A DNA stretch of 36,648 nucleotides from Chloroflexota bacterium (GTDB lineage: Bacteria > Chloroflexota > Dehalococcoidia > UBA2979), in contig JAQCIU010000030.1 in the NCBI GenBank assembly GCA_027593235.1, positions 1-36,648 of the forward strand, read 5' to 3'. How positions within the stretch are numbered: the first letter of the stretch is position 1; each line of letters starts with the position of its first letter. The notes under the pieces are model-generated. The model was not told where the DNA came from and ran no database searches. It saw only the letters and a list, made by a program, of their open reading frames with translations. Below, piece by piece: positions 1 through 9,061 of this stretch. Made by a program: the position numbers and the translations under genes.

Positions 1-126
1 GTTCTGGGTGCTTCACACTTCCCAGTCTCGCTGGAGGTCCCTCCGCAGTCAGCCGTCTCGCAGGTGTGTGGTCAGTACAACTAGCCCTCGACGCCTCGCC
101 CGACCGCCGGCGCCGTTGGCCGGCGC

Positions 127-936
127 TCAGCTCATCGCGTGGAGGCGGCGAATGCGCTCGTCCGTGGACGGGTGCGTCGAGAAGAGCTGGTGCTTGAGGC
201 CACCGAACGGGTTCGCGATGTAGAGATGCGCGGTGGCGTCTGGAACGGCGCGCGGTATCCGCTGCACGCCTGCCTCGATCTTCGCGAGCGCGGAGGCGAG
301 GGCCTCGGGGTCGCCAACAGCGGTGGCGCCATCGTGATCGGCCTCGAACTCGCGTGAGCGGCTGATCGCGCTCTGGATGATGGTGGCGGCGATCGGCGCG
401 ACGATCGCGGCCACCAGTGCCGCGATGCCGTTGCGACGGCCGCCCCCGAACCAGAGCGCCATGAACGACACCATCGAGATCGCGCTGGCGATGGTTGCGA
501 CGACCGACGAAGTCAGGATGTCGCGGTTCTTGACGTGGGCCATCTCGTGACCGAGCACGCCTCGGAGTTCGCGATCGTTGAGCATCTGACGGATGCCGGT
601 GGTGACCGCGACGGCAGCGTGCTTCGGGCTGCGGCCGGTTGCGAAGGCATTCGGCTGCGGCGTGTCCATGAGGTAGACGCGCGGCATCGGCATGCCGATC
701 CGCTCGGCGACTTCCTCGATCATCGCGAACAGGTGTGGGTCCTGTGCGCGCTCGATCTCGTGCGCGCCGGACGAGCGAAGGACGATATCGGCGGAGAACC
801 AGTAGGAACCGAAGTTCATGACCATCGCGATCACCGCGGCGATGATGACGCCGCCGATTCCGCCAACGACACCGCCGATCGCGATCAGTAGACCGCTCAG
901 CGTCGCCAAGAGAACCGCAGTTCGCAGGTTGTTCAT
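127..936 (-). CDS. htpX: Zinc metalloprotease HtpX (M48 family)
   Basis: Start trimmed to MNNLRTAVLL (ATG 936, GGAG upstream). Motifs PNAFATGRSP, HEMAH (HExxH), SRSREFEAD and STHPSTDERI, plus N-terminal TM segments. Confidence 0.93.
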   Translation of the reverse strand: MNNLRTAVLLATLSGLLIAIGGVVGGIGGVIIAAVIAMVMNFGSYWFSADIVLRSSGAHEIERAQDPHLFAMIEEVAERIGMPMPRVYLMDTPQPNAFATGRSPKHAAVAVTTGIRQMLNDRELRGVLGHEMAHVKNRDILTSSVVATIASAISMVSFMALWFGGGRRNGIAALVAAIVAPIAATIIQSAISRSREFEADHDGATAVGDPEALASALAKIEAGVQRIPRAVPDATAHLYIANPFGGLKHQLFSTHPSTDERIRRLHAMS

Positions 937-1112
937 TGTCTCTGTTACTCCATCGCAGGTGGGGGATCTGGGCCTTCGAGGCCACGACGATCGTAGCACC
1001 GCCATGTGGAGGCAGACGTTATGTAGGTGCTAACGCCAGCGTCAGCGCGGGCCTCGATCGGCGCGATCACCGGCCGGAGCAAGGGAGTGAGACTGAGGCG
1101 GTGTGCATACGA

Positions 1113-1139
1113 AAGGGCCGCCCCGGCGGGGCGGCCCTT
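1113..1139 (-). terminator. Intrinsic terminator-like hairpin downstream of the acyl-CoA dehydrogenase pair
   Basis: AAGGGCCGCCCC-GGC-GGGGCGGCCCTT perfect inverted repeat about 40 nt after the stop at 1179, with a short U run on the minus strand. Confidence 0.7.
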
Positions 1140-1178
1140 CGCGATCAAACGTTACGGTTCGGCGTGACGCCGAACTGC

Positions 1179-2294
1179 TTAGATGCCGAGCTGCTGGGCA
1201 ACGAGTTCGCGGTGGTAGTCCGCGTCGCCGAAGGCCAGTTCCGCACGCTTCTGGCGGCGGAAGTAGAGCTGGATCTTGTAGTCCTTGGTGAAGCCGATAC
1301 CACCGTGGATCTGCTGCCCGTGGGCAACGACGCGACGGGTGGCCTCGGAGCACCATGCCTTCGCCATGTTGACCGACATTTGCGTGTCGGCGGCCGGCTG
1401 ATCGGTCGCGAGCGACCAGGCAGCCTTGTACATGATGAAGCGGGAGCCATCGACGTCGGTGACCATGTCAGCGCACTTGTGCTGGATGGCCTGGAACGAG
1501 CCGATCGGGCGACCGAACTGCACGCGCTCCTTGGCGTAGTCGACGGAGATTTCGAAGTCCATCTGCGCGAGGCCGACGAGGTAGGCGCACTCGGCGACGG
1601 TGTAACGGTTGAGGACCGGCTGCAGCGCCGCCCATCCACCACCATCGGTGCCGAGGAGCTGACCGGTCGCGCCGTTGAGCTTGACCTCCGCCTGCTTGTC
1701 GCGGGCGATGGTCTGAAGCTGCGTGACTTCGACGCCAGCTTGATCGGTGGCAACGATTCCGAGCACGACGCCCTTGGCGCTGCGACCGGCGACGACCATG
1801 TAGTCGGCGACGTTCGCGTCCGGGACGAAGAGCTTGGTGCCGTTGAAGGTCACCTGGTCGCCACTGACGGTGGCGGCGCACTGAACGCCCTCTTCGTCGA
1901 AGCGGGCGGACGGCTCGGTCAGGGCGAGCGTGAAGATCACGTCGCCGCTGGCGATCTTCGGAAGGAATTCGGCCTTCTGGGCGTCGGAACCGATCCCCAT
2001 GATCGGGACGGCGCCACCGAGGACGGTCGACATGAACGGTCCGGGGACCAACGCACGACCGAACTCCTCGAGGAGGACGCACAGGTCGAGGAAGTCGAAG
2101 CCGGCGCCGCCGTGCTCCTCCGGGACCAGCAGTCCCTGCCAACCCTGCTCCGCCATCTTCGACCAGAGCGCGGGGCTGTACCCGGCCTCGTCTTCTTCCA
2201 TGTCGCGCACCAACTGCTCGGGACTCTCGTTCTCGAGGAAGTCGCGCGCGCTGTTCTTCAGCAGTTCTTGAGTCTCGCTCAGGCCTAGGTCCAC
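1179..2294 (-). CDS. Acyl-CoA dehydrogenase family protein (probable partner subunit of a heteromeric ACAD)
   Basis: GTG start (MDLGLSETQELL). Motifs LTEP, RVQFGRPIGSFQAIQH, IHGGIGFT and FGDADYHRE. Confidence 0.9.
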   Translation of the reverse strand: MDLGLSETQELLKNSARDFLENESPEQLVRDMEEDEAGYSPALWSKMAEQGWQGLLVPEEHGGAGFDFLDLCVLLEEFGRALVPGPFMSTVLGGAVPIMGIGSDAQKAEFLPKIASGDVIFTLALTEPSARFDEEGVQCAATVSGDQVTFNGTKLFVPDANVADYMVVAGRSAKGVVLGIVATDQAGVEVTQLQTIARDKQAEVKLNGATGQLLGTDGGGWAALQPVLNRYTVAECAYLVGLAQMDFEISVDYAKERVQFGRPIGSFQAIQHKCADMVTDVDGSRFIMYKAAWSLATDQPAADTQMSVNMAKAWCSEATRRVVAHGQQIHGGIGFTKDYKIQLYFRRQKRAELAFGDADYHRELVAQQLGI

Positions 2295-2384
2295 ATCCGG
2301 CTCCTGTTCATTGCGTGCCCGCTCAAACGAGTCGGGACGCGTTCCCTCACTCCGTGGGCGCCGAAGCACCCGAATGGTCTCTCA

Positions 2385-3605
2385 CTAACCGCGAGGCAGG
2401 CCGAGGCCGCGTGTCGCGATAACGTTGCGCTGAATCTCGGACGAGCCCGAGAAGATCGTGTGCGGTACCGACCCGATGTAGTCGCGGGTGAACTCGGCAC
2501 CCATCGGTGCGTGCGGGCCGTCCTTCTGCCAGACGTTGGCGTAGAGGCCGAACACCTTGGTGCCGGTCCGGGCCAGACGCTGGTGGATCTCCGAACCGAA
2601 CATCTTGTTCACCGAGGCTTCGTAGTTCGGCACCATGCCGCTGTTCTGCATCGAGACGATGCGGAACGCGAAGTTGAAGAGCACGCCGATCTCAAGGTGC
2701 CGTTCGGCGACCTCGTGCCGGAGTACACGCCAGTCGCTGCGGAGATGCTTGTTGCCCTCGGGCGACTTGCCGTAATCGAGGAGGCGGGTCAAGTTCCGCT
2801 CGTACGAGACGGCGCTGGAGATACCGGAGCGCTCGAAGTCGAGCAGGGTCATGCCGACGTACCAACCGCGGTTCTCTTCACCAACGATATTGGATGCCGG
2901 GACACGGACGTCCTCGAAGAAGGTCTCGTTGAACGGCTCGTTCCAGCCCATGTCAACGATCGGCCGCACGGTGATGCCCGGGGTCTTGATGTCCATGACG
3001 ATGAAGCTGATGCCGCGGTGCTTGGGGGCTTCCGGGTCCGTGCGGACGAGGGCGAAGAGCCAGTCCGCGAACTGAGCACCGGAGGTCCAGATCTTCTGAC
3101 CGTTGATGACGTAGTCGTCACCATCGCGCGTGGCGCGCGTCTGGAGCGAGGCGAGGTCGGAACCGGCGCTCGGCTCGGAGTAGCCCTGGGCCCACGCGAC
3201 CTCGCCGGACAGGACGCGGGGCAGGTGCTCCGCCTTCTGCTCGTCGGAGCCGTGGATGATCATCGTCGGGCCGAGCAGCGAGACGCCCATGCCACCGACG
3301 GACGGGGCAGCGGACTTCGCCATCTCCTGGTTGTAGATGAACTGCTCCATGACCGAGAGGCCGGCTCCGCCGTACTCCTTGGGCCAGTGAGGCGCGATCC
3401 ATCCCTTTTCGGCGAGGGCGTCCGCCCAGCTGATCGCCGTTTCGCGGGCGGTGGCGTCGTCAGACTTACGGTCGGCCTGCCAGCCACCGGTGAAGCCCTC
3501 GTCGCCATCGTCTCCTGCCTGGTACCGCTGCGGGAGGCGCGTTTCGATGAACGACGCTACCTCGCTGCGGAACGTCGCCTGATCGGGGCTGTCGCTCCAG
3601 TCCAT
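2385..3605 (-). CDS. Acyl-CoA dehydrogenase family protein (probable catalytic subunit)
   Basis: ATG start (MDWSDSPDQ). Motifs WAQGYSEPSAGSDLASL, NGQKIWTS, LDFERSG and IFSGSSEIQRNVIATRGLGLPR. Confidence 0.92.
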   Translation of the reverse strand: MDWSDSPDQATFRSEVASFIETRLPQRYQAGDDGDEGFTGGWQADRKSDDATARETAISWADALAEKGWIAPHWPKEYGGAGLSVMEQFIYNQEMAKSAAPSVGGMGVSLLGPTMIIHGSDEQKAEHLPRVLSGEVAWAQGYSEPSAGSDLASLQTRATRDGDDYVINGQKIWTSGAQFADWLFALVRTDPEAPKHRGISFIVMDIKTPGITVRPIVDMGWNEPFNETFFEDVRVPASNIVGEENRGWYVGMTLLDFERSGISSAVSYERNLTRLLDYGKSPEGNKHLRSDWRVLRHEVAERHLEIGVLFNFAFRIVSMQNSGMVPNYEASVNKMFGSEIHQRLARTGTKVFGLYANVWQKDGPHAPMGAEFTRDYIGSVPHTIFSGSSEIQRNVIATRGLGLPRG

Positions 3606-3928
3606 CTGGTTTCCCTTCGGCGCGGGCACCCCTCCGTTCGGTCCCGAAGCGCGGGTACCGACACGGGCTGCGCAGCTCTGTTGGCTCAATTGTCGCGCAC
3701 CGCCAAGGTAGGCAGGCGCGCCGCATCGGGGCGCCGCAGCCCCAATGCGAGCGCATCATCGCGGTAAGCGCGCGGCGGGTCAACTGTCCAAGGCACTGGA
3801 TTTGCAGGGTCCCACCCGGCCATCGCGGGACCGCAGCCCGGGCACGCCGTTGACTGCACCCTTGACCGGGGCCGATCCGATATGGATGATCCGCGCCCCC
3901 ACTCGGACGGACCGCAAGGAACGGGTGA

Positions 3929-6100
3929 GTGTGGATAACAAGCGTGACCAGAACTGGCGGGGTGCTGGTGCGGTCGATACTCAGCAGCCTGCTGGCGGCA
4001 TTGTTCGTGGCGACGTGGGCCGGAGCCGCGCTTTCAAGCGCGGAAGCACAAGCCGCCACCGACGGCCAGGCGTTCGCCGCGATGTGTAACGATCTGCGAG
4101 CACTGGACGGCCAGGACGGGATCCGCCTCGGACTGGTGGTCGCCGACCTCAGCAGCGGCGAGCGCTGTGAGGTTCGCGCAGACGAGAGTTTCCGTTCCGC
4201 TTCGCTCTACAAGCTGGTGGTACTGGCCGAGGCGGAGCGCCAGATCGCCGCAGGCACGCTGTCCCTTGACGACGCGATCCTGATCGAGCCGCGGCACGCG
4301 ATCGACGATCCACCAGAGTTGCGGCCCGCCTTCACTTCCGAGCGATCGGTACGCGAGTCGATCCGCCGGATGATCCAATCGTCCTCGAACGCGGACGCGC
4401 AGGCGCTGCGTGAGCGGCTGGGGCTCGCCTCGGTGGACGCGCTGCCGACGGCAATCGGGATGGAGTCGACGCGGCTCGGAGAGGAGTTCGTAACGAGCCC
4501 GGAGGACATCGCCACCTTCTTCACGCTGATCTACGGGGGTGATCTGGTCGATCGCACCTCGAGCGCGGCGATGGTGCAACTACTGAGCGGGCAACTACTG
4601 ACGGACCTGATCCCGGAGTCGCTCCCCGCGGAGACTGTCGTGGCGCACAAGACAGGGACGCTGGCGGATTTCTTGCACGACGCCGGGATCGTGTTCGCGC
4701 CCGGCGGCGACTACGTCGTGGTCGCGATGTCCGAGCACCCATTCATCGAGGCCGCGGCAGCGGATCTCCTGCGCGAGGTCTCAAGGCGGGCCTATCAGAC
4801 ATACGCGCTGGCGCCGGGCAGCGAGCCACTGGTCTCGCCGGAACTGGAGCGCGCGGAGACCGATCCGTGGATCGTCGCGGCGGTGATCGCCGGCTTCACA
4901 GCAGGACAAGCGGCGAGCGAAGGCGCAGGAGCCGCCGACCTCGGTGGCCAGGTAGCGCCCGGGGCGCTGATGGGATCCGACAGCGGATCCGAGGTGATTG
5001 GGCCTGCTGATTCGGGGTTTGGCCTGCCGGGGATTTCCGGCGTGGGAGTGCGGGAAGCCGCTCTTGGCGGGATCGCGCTGTTGGGATTGCTCACACTATT
5101 AGGGGTTTTCTCCTACGGATTGCGGCTGCGGCCCGGTTGGGGTGCTGTCTACAATCGCGGAGCAGTCAACGCCGTGGCGGGCGGGGGAGAACGGAACGCA
5201 CCAATGCGTCTGGGAATCCGCAAGAACGATCAGGACGATATGTACACCGACGACGAGGTGGGCATGGTTCCGGCATCCGCATCAATCACCGAGATTGAGG
5301 CACAGCCGGCGATGCCATCACCGCGGTTGGAGCGGATGGCGGCGTTCTTTTCGTCTCAGCAGCACCTGATCGAATCGATCCGGGAGCAACACGAAGACGA
5401 GATGCAGCCGTTGAACGCGCTGCTTGCTCGCCAGAGCTACACACAGGCACGCCTGCTGGCGAACCTCGAGAACCGGCTCCGGCCGCTGAACGAGTACGCC
5501 GACGGCGAAGAGGCGAACCTGGACGCGCTTGAGCAACGGATGCTCGAGCAGGGTCCAGACTTCATCCAGCGGTCGTTCTCCGAGTACCTGGAGACGCAGC
5601 GCCGCCGCATTTCGGAGACGCGCGACCAGATCGACGAGCAGCGCTTGCCCTTGCTGGTCTACGGCGAAGAGCAGCGCGATGCGGTTGAGGTGGCGTTGAG
5701 CCGCTTCGATGCCGACGTCGAGGCGCTGGAGCTCAACCTCGCCGAGCAGCGGAAGCTGCTGATGCGAATGCTGGACGCGATGCGCTCCGACAGCTTCGTC
5801 GCGGTGAAGCGATTCCTGGAAGCCCGCGAGTTCACGATGTCCGACCTGGCCGACAGCGGCGTCACCGACCCGGGGCAGATTGGGAAGTCAGCCCAGAACC
5901 TCCGCGACGCGGTGGACGCGATGTCCAGCCAGTCCGTACACATCCAGTCCGTACTGGAAGCGACCGACACCGCGGACGAGCGCCTGGTGAAGAGCGCTCC
6001 GGGGGGCGGACCCTACGCACTCCCGGATCTGCCGTCGTTCGCCAACGCGCTGGCCGATCTGGAAGCCGTGGAAGCCGAAGAGGCGGTGGCCGGAGCGTAA
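3929..6100 (+). CDS. Class A beta-lactamase-like serine hydrolase with TM segment, fused to a C-terminal coiled-coil domain of unknown function
   Basis: Signal peptide, SxxK (SASLYK), SxN (SSN) and HKTG motifs. Hydrophobic segment ALGGIALLGLLTLLGVFSYG, then a helical E/Q/R/L-rich region from in-frame ATG 5204. Exact start uncertain (3929-3970). Confidence 0.75.
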   Translation: MWITSVTRTGGVLVRSILSSLLAALFVATWAGAALSSAEAQAATDGQAFAAMCNDLRALDGQDGIRLGLVVADLSSGERCEVRADESFRSASLYKLVVLAEAERQIAAGTLSLDDAILIEPRHAIDDPPELRPAFTSERSVRESIRRMIQSSSNADAQALRERLGLASVDALPTAIGMESTRLGEEFVTSPEDIATFFTLIYGGDLVDRTSSAAMVQLLSGQLLTDLIPESLPAETVVAHKTGTLADFLHDAGIVFAPGGDYVVVAMSEHPFIEAAAADLLREVSRRAYQTYALAPGSEPLVSPELERAETDPWIVAAVIAGFTAGQAASEGAGAADLGGQVAPGALMGSDSGSEVIGPADSGFGLPGISGVGVREAALGGIALLGLLTLLGVFSYGLRLRPGWGAVYNRGAVNAVAGGGERNAPMRLGIRKNDQDDMYTDDEVGMVPASASITEIEAQPAMPSPRLERMAAFFSSQQHLIESIREQHEDEMQPLNALLARQSYTQARLLANLENRLRPLNEYADGEEANLDALEQRMLEQGPDFIQRSFSEYLETQRRRISETRDQIDEQRLPLLVYGEEQRDAVEVALSRFDADVEALELNLAEQRKLLMRMLDAMRSDSFVAVKRFLEAREFTMSDLADSGVTDPGQIGKSAQNLRDAVDAMSSQSVHIQSVLEATDTADERLVKSAPGGGPYALPDLPSFANALADLEAVEAEEAVAGA

Positions 6101-6130
6101 CGAACCGGCAACCGGCAGCAGTCAACAACG

Positions 6131-6157
6131 AACAGGCGGCCCAGTGGGCCGCCTGTT
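6131..6157. terminator. Probable bidirectional intrinsic terminator
   Basis: AACAGGCGGCCC-AGT-GGGCCGCCTGTT between convergent genes ending at 6100 and 6206. Confidence 0.75.
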
Positions 6158-6205
6158 TCGATCCCGGGTCGCGCCGCTGCGGACGCGGGGCAGTCCGCCG
6201 CGATG

Positions 6206-7018
6206 CTAATCAGAATCGCCGAGGGCGACGCCCTCGGAGAGATCGAGCAGATCGGCCTCGTCGAGATCGAGTTCGTGCTCGATCTCGGAGACATCGACGA
6301 CATTGCCGCGCCGCACCTCCTCGGCGAGACGCCCGGCGAGTTCCTCGCGGCGTTCATGGGCCTCGGCGGTGAGTTCCAGTTCCTCGGCCATCCGCTCCGC
6401 GAGGACACGCTCCGGCGCGTCGAGATCGCGCGGGGGGCGCGCGTTCTGCTCGCGGCTGAGGGAGCTGTAGTGGTTGCCGCCGAGGAAGGTGAGCGGACGA
6501 TCGTCCTCGACGTCGGTGCGCCAGCGGTCGCTGAACGAGGCGGGGTCGACGTGCACCGCCATCACCTCCGCGACGTAGAGGACGTGATCGCCGAAGGGGA
6601 GCTGGTGCCGGACACCGGCCTCGATCCAGGCGGCACAGCCCTCGATCAGCGGCGCCGTGATGCGGGATGGGGCGAAGTGCGCGAGCTGCGCGGCTTCGAG
6701 CTTGTCGATGTTCTCGCCTCGGAGTGCGCCCAGGTACTGGACGTGGTGCAGCAGCGGACGCTTCGGGATGTTGAGCGCGAACTCCTCGGAGTGATCGATC
6801 ATCTCCACCGAGTAGCGGGACTGCTCGATCGCGATCGCAATCAGCGGCGGATCGGACGAGATGGGCATGTGCCAGGCGAGCGGCATGACGTTGGTCTGAC
6901 CTCGGTAGCGGCTGGTGACGAGGGCGACTGGGCCGCCCATCAGCAGGCGTGAAGCGGTGGTGACAGGCCGGCGCTCGATACCTTTCGGGGCTGGCTTGAG
7001 AAGCGCGTCGCTATTCAT
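6206..7018 (-). CDS. Flavin reductase family protein (DIM6/NTAB-like) with acidic C-terminal extension
   Basis: Motifs PVALVTS...NVMPLAW...PPLIAIAI, EFALNIP and GDHVLYVAEV. GAGGTG RBS before ATG 7018. Confidence 0.85.
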   Translation of the reverse strand: MNSDALLKPAPKGIERRPVTTASRLLMGGPVALVTSRYRGQTNVMPLAWHMPISSDPPLIAIAIEQSRYSVEMIDHSEEFALNIPKRPLLHHVQYLGALRGENIDKLEAAQLAHFAPSRITAPLIEGCAAWIEAGVRHQLPFGDHVLYVAEVMAVHVDPASFSDRWRTDVEDDRPLTFLGGNHYSSLSREQNARPPRDLDAPERVLAERMAEELELTAEAHERREELAGRLAEEVRRGNVVDVSEIEHELDLDEADLLDLSEGVALGDSD

Positions 7019-7075
7019 GGTCACCTCGATCGTCGCGGCGCCACTGGCGAATGCGGGCGCGGGTGACGAACCGTG

Positions 7076-7735
7076 TTAGCTCGTCTCGGTGAAGCGGTAT
7101 CCGACATTGCGGACCGTTTCGATGAACTGATCCTGATCCTCGATCTTGGCGCGGATCCGCCGGACGTGGACGTCCACGGTGCGGGAGCCGCCGTAGTAGT
7201 CGTAGCCCCAGACCTGGTTGAGCAACGCCTCACGGGTGAACGGCTTGCCGGGGCTGGAGGCGAGGAAGCGAAGCAGTTCGTATTCCTTATACGTGAGGTC
7301 CACCACGCCACCGTTGACGGTGACCTTGTAGCGCTCGACGTCGATCTCCAGGCCGCCGCGCCGGATCACCTCGCTGCGTTCGTCAACGACCACCTCGATC
7401 GAGCCGAGGCGGCGGACGCGCGCGCGGAGTTCGGTGGCGACGGGCGGAGCGACGATGAAGTCGTCGACGGCCTCGAGGGCGGCCGCCGCGCTGATGGTGC
7501 GGTCGTCGACGAGCGCGATCAGCGGGATGCCGTCGCGATGGAGCAGTTCGATCGCGGGGCCGGGATCGATCAGGCCACAGTCGACAATGACGAGATCAGG
7601 CTGCCATTGGCTGAGCGATGCAACGCCGCGTTCGACGTTGGTTTCGGTGCGCACGACGATATCGTCGCGGTGCAGCGCCGCATCGATGGCGTGGATGTGT
7701 GCCGGTAGGTCGGAGAGCAGAAGCACACGGCGCAT
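7076..7735 (-). CDS. OmpR-family response regulator, GlnR-like with atypical receiver
   Basis: Winged helix LTYKEYELL...VWGYDYYGGSRTVDVHVRRIRAK...IETVRNVGY. Receiver has PDLVIVD but no conserved Lys (VAPP). Confidence 0.88.
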   Translation of the reverse strand: MRRVLLLSDLPAHIHAIDAALHRDDIVVRTETNVERGVASLSQWQPDLVIVDCGLIDPGPAIELLHRDGIPLIALVDDRTISAAAALEAVDDFIVAPPVATELRARVRRLGSIEVVVDERSEVIRRGGLEIDVERYKVTVNGGVVDLTYKEYELLRFLASSPGKPFTREALLNQVWGYDYYGGSRTVDVHVRRIRAKIEDQDQFIETVRNVGYRFTETS

Positions 7736-7996
7736 CGTCAGATTGTAGTGCCCACGGCGACAACGGAACGGCGGGGAGTTCCCGCAGACCCCGATCCGTC
7801 ATCTCAGGCATGATGGTTGAGCATCGTGCGACGCGAATCAGGCCACCGACTTCCGCGCCCGATTCGCCCGCTGCTATTATCCGACCCCGCAGGGAGGCGG
7901 CTGATGCGGCACCGCCTCTTGTCGGCGTGGGGGTAGCACACCTCCGCGTTCCCGCGGACTGCCGACGACCTGCCGCCGAACCCCCAGGATTCCTCG

Positions 7997-9061
7997 ATGT
8001 ACGTCGTCCAGACGACCGATCTCACCAAGATCTACGAGAACAGTTACATCGCGTTGAATGCGCTCAATCTGCGCGTCGACAAGGGCATGGTGTACGGCCT
8101 CGTTGGCCCCAACGGCGCGGGGAAGTCGACGACGTTCCGCATTCTGCTGGGGCTGCAACGACCGACCGCCGGGTCTGTCTCCATCTTCGGCGAAGCGATG
8201 ACCGCGGAACGCGCGGACATCCGGCGGCGCATCGGCTATCTGCCGACGAACCCGTCGTTCCCCAAACACATGACACCGATCACCTACCTCGAGTTCGTCG
8301 GCGCGATCCTCGGGATGGACCCAAGCCGGGCGAAGGTACAACTGGCGCGGCTGCTGCAGGCGGTCGATCTCACCGGCGCAGCGGCGCAGCGGATCCACGG
8401 ATTCTCGACCGGCATGATGACCCGGCTCGGCATCGCGGCAGCGCTGATGGGCGACCCGGAGTTGTTGATCCTCGATGAGCCGACGTCCGGACTGGACCCG
8501 GCGGGGCGGAAGCAGACCATCGAGCTGATCCGCGAACTGTCGGGGCGCGACCGAACAATCATCATCGCGACCCACATCCTCTCCGACGTCGAACGCGTCT
8601 GCTCGGACGTCGGGATCATCTCGCAGGGGCGGGTGATCTACTCCGGGCCGATGGCGGAGATGCGCCGGCTCGCCCGTCAGGGCTCGATCTCGATTGAGAT
8701 CGAGGGCAACACGATGGCCTTCGAACAGCAGATCCACACGCTGGATGAGATCGGGTCGGTGCGCTACGAACGCGTTGGCTCCGAGTTTCGGATTACCTTC
8801 CTGGGAACCGAGCCGCTGTCCGAGTACGTCCAACGGGTGATCTCGCTGGTGGATCGCACCGGCGTGGACATGCTGTACATCACCACCGGCGCCGACGAAA
8901 TCGAGGAGGCGTTCCTGCGCCGCCTGGAGGACGACCGCACGCGTGGCTTCTTGCGCGCGGCGGCATGGGCGGCCGTGCAGAGCTTCAACGACGATTCGAT
9001 CACTGAGCTGACGGAATTGGAGCAGCCGGATGCAGGCATTCCTCGCCATCCTGCGATATGA
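7997..9061 (+). CDS. ABC transporter ATP-binding protein (ABC-2 exporter type)
   Basis: Walker A GPNGAGKS, signature FSTGM, Walker B LILDEPTSGLD and H-loop ATHIL. Confidence 0.93.
   Translation: MYVVQTTDLTKIYENSYIALNALNLRVDKGMVYGLVGPNGAGKSTTFRILLGLQRPTAGSVSIFGEAMTAERADIRRRIGYLPTNPSFPKHMTPITYLEFVGAILGMDPSRAKVQLARLLQAVDLTGAAAQRIHGFSTGMMTRLGIAAALMGDPELLILDEPTSGLDPAGRKQTIELIRELSGRDRTIIIATHILSDVERVCSDVGIISQGRVIYSGPMAEMRRLARQGSISIEIEGNTMAFEQQIHTLDEIGSVRYERVGSEFRITFLGTEPLSEYVQRVISLVDRTGVDMLYITTGADEIEEAFLRRLEDDRTRGFLRAAAWAAVQSFNDDSITELTELEQPDAGIPRHPAI

Noticed and set aside
1-126. Possible ncRNA or gene start at the window edge
   Set aside because: Too little context, and no recognisable motif.
3930-3938. 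Perfect DnaA box (TGTGGATAA) suggesting oriC
   Set aside because: It is a single copy with no box cluster, AT-rich unwinding element or dnaA. It could be a regulatory site or chance.
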